64,000 nucleotides of DNA from Bilabrum cf. latius (lineage: Eukaryota), in assembly GCA_965178125.1 (NCBI GenBank), contig OZ237761.1:62001-126000 (forward strand). The letters are read 5' to 3'. This document shows positions 57,630 to 64,000 of this stretch, one piece after another (position 1 is the stretch's first letter; every line of letters starts with the position of its first letter). The notes beneath the pieces were generated by a model, which ran no database searches, was not told the DNA's origin, and worked only from the letters and a program-made list of their open reading frames with translations. The translations under genes were made by a program, and so were the position numbers.

Positions 57630-58893
57630 CTCGCCGAGAAAAGCAAAATTCGAGAACGGAGGATTCGATGACTTCACGAACCTAGAAGGATAGTCCCAAG
57701 GCGGCCCTCCAGTTGTACCCAGGGTAAGTATCCGTCAGCTTAGTTTGCCATCTGGGGAGGAGTTGATCAAAGGTGGCCGACCGTTCGTTATCACGAATGC
57801 AATGGCGGCCTGGAATACCGCTAGCTTGCATCCGCACAGGCTCTTGAAGCGATTCCCCCGCACGGTCGTTGATTTCTACCCCAACAACCTTGATTCAGTA
57901 AACAAAAAGCCTATGCTTATCCCGATGACGAGGGCCCTTTCAGGAATGGCCCGGGCTTCCAAGGCAGGCAAACCAGCCTACATCCACTGGCGGCTGGGGT
58001 TGAAAGAGCGAGACGTCGTCACGCAGAGCGCATTCCCGCTCCCAGAGGTGCTGCAGACCGACTGGTGGCTAAACGAGTGCCTCAATAGCACGGAGGCGCG
58101 CAACAACATGCTGCTTATCTGCGCCTTCAACATGCTCCTCGTGGGCAACGACGGCGCCGGCATGTTCCTGCACTTCGACAGCCTCAACACCGGCACGTGG
58201 CAGGCGCAGCTGCACGGCACAAAGGAGTGGATCCTGTGCCACCCCAGGGGCAGGCGATTCTTCTACAGTCCCGGGGAGGTGGACGCATTCAGCCCCGACC
58301 TCAAGAGGTACCCGCTCTTCAGTCGCGCCCTCGAGGAGCACTGCACGAAGGTGAGCGTGGGGCCAGGCGAGATCATGTTCTACCCCTCCAATTGGTGGCA
58401 CCAAACCCGAAACGTGGGCTACCCCGTGGTGGGACTCGTGGGACGAACCGTGACACGCTACAACTACGACGCTGTACGGTCCGCCGTGGCGGAGCAGTGC
58501 AGCAACCCGGGCCCAGACGTGTCGCTTGCATTCCCCGGTGCGGCTCCGAATCCTATTCCCGAGCTGTGCGAGGGCATCGGGAGGTGCCACGCGCAGTGGG
58601 AGCGGCATTTCAGCGCGATGGAGGATGTGACGGGCAGGAGGGCTGTTGCGGTCGCGGTCGGGGGTAGAGGTCTCAACGGACATACGTAGGGATTGCCGCA
58701 CTGGAAAGAACACGCTGACCGTGCCTGCCAGGTGCATCCGCAGGAGAGATTGTCCTGCCACGGACCACAAACCAAGCTCACCTGCGCCCAGGCGGGGTGC
58801 TGCTGGGGCCCCACCGCTGCGAATTGCTCCGAGGTGGGCACGGTGGATCCCGTGAGCCAGCGGTGCCCATGGTGCTTCGGTCCCGTCGGGTGA
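57630..58893 (+). CDS. JmjC/cupin-8 2-oxoglutarate oxygenase with C-terminal trefoil (P-type) domain; 5' end unresolved; 2 TAG
   Basis: JmjC motifs RPFVITNAM, FLHFDS, GTKEWIL and PGEIMFYPSNWWHQT. After TAG 58687: CQVHPQERLSC..C..AGCCW..PWCF. Ends TGA. Confidence 0.8.
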
Positions 58894-59001
58894 ATGTATC
58901 GGCTTTCATTAAGAAATGACGTGCCGATTGATTGCCGCTGGCAGTATCGGCCACGTTTCTCGCGTCCCACTCGGAGGTGCCAGCAGCCTCTGGTTGGCCT
59001 C

Positions 59002-59077
59002 TGCAAGCATTCTTCTCCTTGCAAGCATTCTTCTCCTTGCAAGCATTCTTCTCCTTGCAAGCATTCTTCTCCTTGCA
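59002..59077. repeat. 18-bp tandem repeat (TGCAAGCATTCTTCTCCT) x4, intergenic
   Basis: Four perfect adjacent units with no spacers. Confidence 0.95.
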
Positions 59078-59707
59078 CGTGGCACCGTGGCGACCTGACT
59101 GGGTCAGCTCGACCACGTTGCTCTGTGTCTGGCTACCCCAGCAGAATTGTATCACGCGCCGCGCCTCTCCACTTCGCCCTGCGTTGCACCTATAGCTTGT
59201 GAGTGACAGCTGCACGGCTGTGGGGTGGCCAGACGCGGCAGCGCATGAGCCAACCATCTTTGGGCTGTACACTTGTTGACAGTATCGACTGGAGCGACTT
59301 ATCTTAGAGGAGCCTCTGTTCCTGCTCTACATCAATCAGTACCGTTACGTGGCTCTGACTGTGCCGTCCTGTTCAGGCACACGGGGCGCCCTCTCAATGG
59401 GTTTGGCGACAGGGGCATCCAGCAGTGCGACAGGTAGATCTAGTAGTGCGTACAAGAGCGGTGCTTCGACATCGGTTTGCTGGCGAGAGTACGAGGCACT
59501 TCAAGCCAGACCAGGTCCATACGGTCGAGAATTGATAATCATGCCCCGGACAGCAGCACCCTTGGGACACATGTCTGCGCCCCGCTGCGGGCCCCCGGAG
59601 CGGATCTGCCCCTCAAGCTGTGAGCTTGCGCGTTACTTAAGGAGTTAATCAGATTACCAGGTCTAGATTCATTTCCCCCCGTATTAGCCAAAGCATAGCC
59701 TCTTCCT

Positions 59708-62700
59708 ATGGTAACCGAAGGGACCATTGAGTTTATAGATGAAGTCAGGTAGGACTTACCGAGGGAAAGGAGGAAATACATTGTCGTTGATCATGGAGCC
59801 CCAGCTGCAGAAGTGCTGGATCAGATCAAAACAAAATGGGACTTCAAGGATGTACCAGGCGAGTTGTACAGTATAACAGGTGGTGCCGATCTTGCAGGTA
59901 TGTCTCGCGATCACCAGGCTGCTTTTGTGCACGGAATAGCAGCCGCAGTTGGCTCCAACGGATCATGGGTAATCACAGGAGGCTCGGACGCCGGAATCAT
60001 GCAGCTTGCTGGAAAAGCACATTCTGATGCAGCATTATATTCACCGTGCATTGGAATCGCAGCATTGGGCAAGGTGTTCAATACTTCCGAGGAGATCCAA
60101 CAAGTCGATGAAGGCGGCGAGACTCCTATATAGTATAAACTCTCTGAGCCCCCTTTCAGGGGTGCTACCAAGGAGGAACACAAAACCCGACTGAACCCTG
60201 ATCACACGCATTTCATTTTTGTTCGACCTCCTGTAGGACGAAAAATATCGAAGTGGGGGGACGACAACAATTTTCGCGAGGCCCTCGAAGGGGAGATCGC
60301 AAAGACCGCCTTCACGGTGCAGGTGGTCGCAAGCGGGGGCCCCGAGACCATGAAGACCGTGTCCAGCGCGGCCCATGCCAAAATCCCGATCGTGCTTTGC
60401 AAGGGATCTGGGCGAGCCTCTGACGTCCTCTGCAAACTGAGTGCCCATGCTGAGCATTTGAGCGAGTTGGACGACTCGTGCCCCCGCGGCTGGTGCCCGG
60501 ATGGCGCCAAGCACACTGCAGCATTGATGGGCAAAGATCCCTATCAAGACTCAAATGTCAACGTTTTCGATCCGATGAGCATAGAGGTCTGGAAAACAAC
60601 GAAGCCACTCACTGCGTGCATCCCTGGCAAAGTGCTACAATGGATGGCGACGAGGTCAAATCCACCAAATCTCGACGATTTCGACAAATACTGTGCCAAC
60701 GGATGGGGCGCATGGACAACTGCCAGTACGACTTATGAAGATTGGCTGGACAGCCATGTGCGGTCGCGGCCAGTTGCTGCTAGATCTGGAAACGGGCAAG
60801 AGGCAGCCGGGCAAGCGGCAGACAGGCAAGCGACAGGCGGGCAAGAGGCAGACAGGCAAGAGGCAGACAGGCAAGAGGCAGACAGGCAAGAGGCAGGCGA
60901 GCAAGAGGCAGGCGAGCAAGCGGCAGCCAGGCAAGAGGCAGACAGGCAAGCGGCAGGCGGGCAACAGGCAGACAGGCAAGCGACAGGCGGGCAAGCGGCA
61001 GACGGGCAAGCGGCAGACAGGCAAGCGACAGGCGGGCAAGCGGCAGACGGGCAAGCGGCAGGCGGGCAAGCGGCAGGCGTGCAAGAGGCAGCCAGGCAAG
61101 CGACAGGCGAGCAAGAGGCAGGCGAGCAAGCGGCAGCCAGGCAAGAGGCAGACAGGCAAGCGGCAGGCGGGCAACAGGCAGACAGGCAAGCGACAGGCGG
61201 GCAAGCGGCAGACGGGCAAGCGGCAGACGGGCAAGCGACAGGCGGGCAAGCGGCAGACGGGCAAGCGGCAGGCGGGCAAGCGGCAGGCGTGCAAGAGGCA
61301 GACAGGCAAGCGACAGGCGAGCAAGCGGCAGCCAGGCAAGAGGCAGGCGTGCAAGAGGCAGCCAGGCAAGCGACAGGCGAGCAAGAGGCAGACAGGCAAG
61401 CGGCAGACAGGCAAGAGGCAGACAGGCAAGAGGCAGCCAGGCAAGAGGCAGACAGGCAAGAGGCAGGCGTGCAAGAGGCAGCCAGGCAAGCGACAGGCGA
61501 GCAAGAGGCAGGCGAGCAAGCGGCAGCCAGGCAAGAGGCAGACAGGCAAGCGGCAGGCGGGCAACAGGCAGACAGGCAAGCGACAGGCGGGCAAGCGGCA
61601 GGCGGGCAAGCGGCAGACGGGCAAGCGGCAGGCGGGCAAGCGGCAGGCGGGCAAGCGGCAGGCGGGCAAGCGGCAGGCGGGCAAGCGGCAGACGGGCAAG
61701 CGGCAGGCGGGCAAGCGGCAGGCGGGCAAGAACCAGGCGGACATCGGCATCTAACCAATTCAGATATCGAGAATCTTTGGTGCTGGTGCGTGCATATACA
61801 CCTCCTGCACATGGGTGCGATCCTTCGAGTCAAGCGTAGGGGCGATGAAGCAACGGGTACGTGGAATTCAACGCGGCGAAGCAGTATCACCCACCGCGTT
61901 ATGTCGAGAGCTGCAAGCACCCCTAGTGCTCCTTCGGGGCACTACTCAAGCATTCGCATCACGCCCGACATGAACGACGACAGTCTCAAGGTCAGGGACA
62001 CGGTGCGCGAATCCCTTGTCGCAATTGCCTTCGATAGCCCGCTTCGACGAATGTCGGATGACCAGCTCAGGCCAGAGTTTGCGGAGGCATGGTCCCTGCT
62101 CATGAGAGGCATGCAGGCCGTGCGGCTTGGCACCTTAGTGACCGTCGACCTGTCTCTGGTGTCATCTTCGTTCGTCAGATCGATGTCTTCTCATGGGCCG
62201 GCACCAAGCCCATCCGATGGTCTCGGGGGTTCAGATCTGCAAGAGCTTTGTCGCGTCTTATTGCAAGAAGGTGCTGCCACTGCTGCAAATGGTGACAATC
62301 CGATAGGCCAGCATCGACCGGCATCTCAAGTGCAGCCTTGCGAGGCACACCGACTTCCTGCGACTGTAGAGTTGCTACTGCAGTGCAAGCAGCCATTAAC
62401 TTTGCAGGAGGCCATGGCAAGAGCGGCGTTGATTGGCAAGGCAATGAACCCACCACAATCAGGTAGAGTTGGACAGGGGAGCGGTGCAGCATCCGCCCCC
62501 CGGCCAAGCCCATTCGAGATGGCCGTCCGATGGAACTGTTCGGAAACGATTCGGGCTTGGTTGCGCGGAACACTGCAGACGACTAGCAGCTCCTCGAGGA
62601 TGGATCCGGGTACTTTGCTCGTTATTCAACTCGGCTTAATCGATGCTACTTTGCGCGATGCTGGTGCAGTAGTAGCTTGCATTCTGCAAGAGTGTACAGA

Positions 62701-64000
62701 ATTCGTGGAGGTGCTTTATATGGTCGACAACCATTGCCTTCAGTAGCTGGCATCACCGAATGGTGCATCTGAGGGCGAATCACCTACCAGGGAGCGGAGC
62801 GACACAATGTGCAGGGATGATTGGAAGCAGCTCATTTCGCAGCGCAAGTGGGAAGAATGGCTCCCAAGCATCAATACATCACACTTCTCCTGCTTGGAGT
62901 CAACAGCTTGGAGTATGCACTCTGCTGACGAAGCAAAGGAATCGGTTCGGTTGTTGTGGGCTCTGGTGAATCGCAAGTTCAGCGTCGCTCGTGTCTTCTG
63001 GAGGTACTGCTCCGAGCCTCTGCGGATGGCTCTGTACGCGGCACAGGTTCTGCGGAAGCTAGCAGGCACGGATGATGCAGCGCGCACCATGCTGCTGAGT
63101 GAAGCGGACTGGTACGAACGGTTTGGTATATAGGTGCTCGAGCACGGTGGTACTAGCAGGGACTTCCGTGGGTGGGACAAAAAGGATCGGCAGAACGTTT
63201 CACTGTGGCTTAGGTCCACAGCACCGAGGTCTCAAGTGATATGCGATGCCATTCTTCAGTAGTACTCGGTGTCAAAACACATCGAGCATGGTAGGTGCTG
63301 TTGGTACATGTGTTGGTCTTGCTGTCGGGATATGCCGTCTTGCTGTCAGAGTTGTTTCTGCTGTCGGGATGGCCTGACTCAGGTGACCCGCCTCCACCGC
63401 GGCTCAAACATCATCCGATTGGCTCAACGCTCTGAGTCAATGGAGTTTATGGGCCATCCGGTGGTGCAGAGGCAGCTGCGATGTCTTTGGCGACACAACA
63501 CTTGGGAGAAGCCATCGGGGGGACTGACCACAGTATGGGGATGCTGCCGAGTATGGGACTGCTGTGCAAGCTAGGACTATTCTGCTAGGAACAACTGGTT
63601 TAATGCACCACGCACGCGGTGCTGGTTGCATTCGATTTCTCGGGTTGCCCTCACTATCCTTCATGCTTGGGTGGTTCTTCAACACTACGATGAGCCGCGA
63701 GCTCGGCTATTTCTTCCCATTCTCTTCTTCGTATGGAAGGGCCTGCAGCTTTTGGAGGACAGTCTAGTTGCTGCTAGGCTGGGCATCCACGACATCTCCG
63801 TGTGGGATGCGCTTGGTACTCTTGATTACGCGGCAATGTTTGTAAGCCTAGGGCTGTTCACGGCTGCTGGCATTGGTGACAATGGTATCTTGCACGACTA
63901 TTCGATGGATGTGCTTAGCGTCTCGTTCATTGTGGCGTGCATCCGTCTCCTGGACATCCTCGCAGTCATAGAGTTCTTTGGCCCGATGGTTATCACCATC
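59708..64000 (+). CDS. Second TRPM-like channel paralog (3' end beyond the window; a further upstream exon is possible); at least 6 TAG
   Basis: Motifs GTIEF, SITGGADL, WVITGGSDAGIM, LNPDHTHFIF, GGPETMKTVSSA, WALVNRKFSVARVFW and TM RLLDILAVIEFFGPMVITI. TAGs at 59750, 60131, 62744, 63131, 63260, 63572. Confidence 0.85.
60794..61740 (+). repeat. 15-bp coding minisatellite (about 63 units) encoding Q(E/A)A(D/G/A)(R/G/E) pentapeptides
   Basis: Units such as gcaagaggcagacag and gcaagcggcaggcgg, in frame within the TRPM-like paralog. Confidence 0.95.

Noticed and set aside
59002-59077. CRISPR-like array
   Set aside because: Adjacent identical 18-mers with no spacers and no cas genes, in a eukaryotic context.
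60656-61920. Long alternative-frame ORFs (CRLPA.., GKRQ.., CPPAA..)
   Set aside because: By-products of a stop-free 15-bp repeat. Only the Gln/Ala frame is continuous with the TRPM domains.

Overview
Gene-dense nuclear DNA from a GC-rich eukaryote. It has short GT-AG introns, intergenic gaps of about 100-300 bp and about 22 protein-coding genes. The style resembles a heterotrophic protist, possibly a stramenopile, but that is inference only. The main finding is a non-standard nuclear genetic code. The fragmented ORFs in the standard-code track join into full-length, same-frame genes once TAG is read as a sense codon. I counted about 79 in-frame TAGs by hand in 19 genes, and no in-frame TAA or TGA. 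At conserved positions TAG sits where homologs have Gln: SulP VP*ALSYA, RecA AQA*K*G, CENP-V/GFA FDG*NWE and TRPM IRF*G. The complete genes end in TGA (17) or TAA (3). This indicates UAG=Gln with UAA and UGA kept as stops (translation table 15-type), a rare uncoupling of UAG from UAA. Read this way, the window holds two giant TRPM-like channels (one a single 3390-aa ORF), a head-to-head pair of Zn2Cys6 transcription factors, an SRCR-like surface protein, a DUF268 membrane protein, two GH39 enzymes, a C45 Ntn-hydrolase, an ankyrin protein, GFA/CENP-V, SulP, LSM5, PDX1, a UBC13-like E2, ornithine decarboxylase, AFG1, mitochondrial RecA, a secreted repeat protein and a JmjC-trefoil fusion. I found no tRNA, rRNA, CRISPR array or transposase. 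All translations and counts were done by eye.
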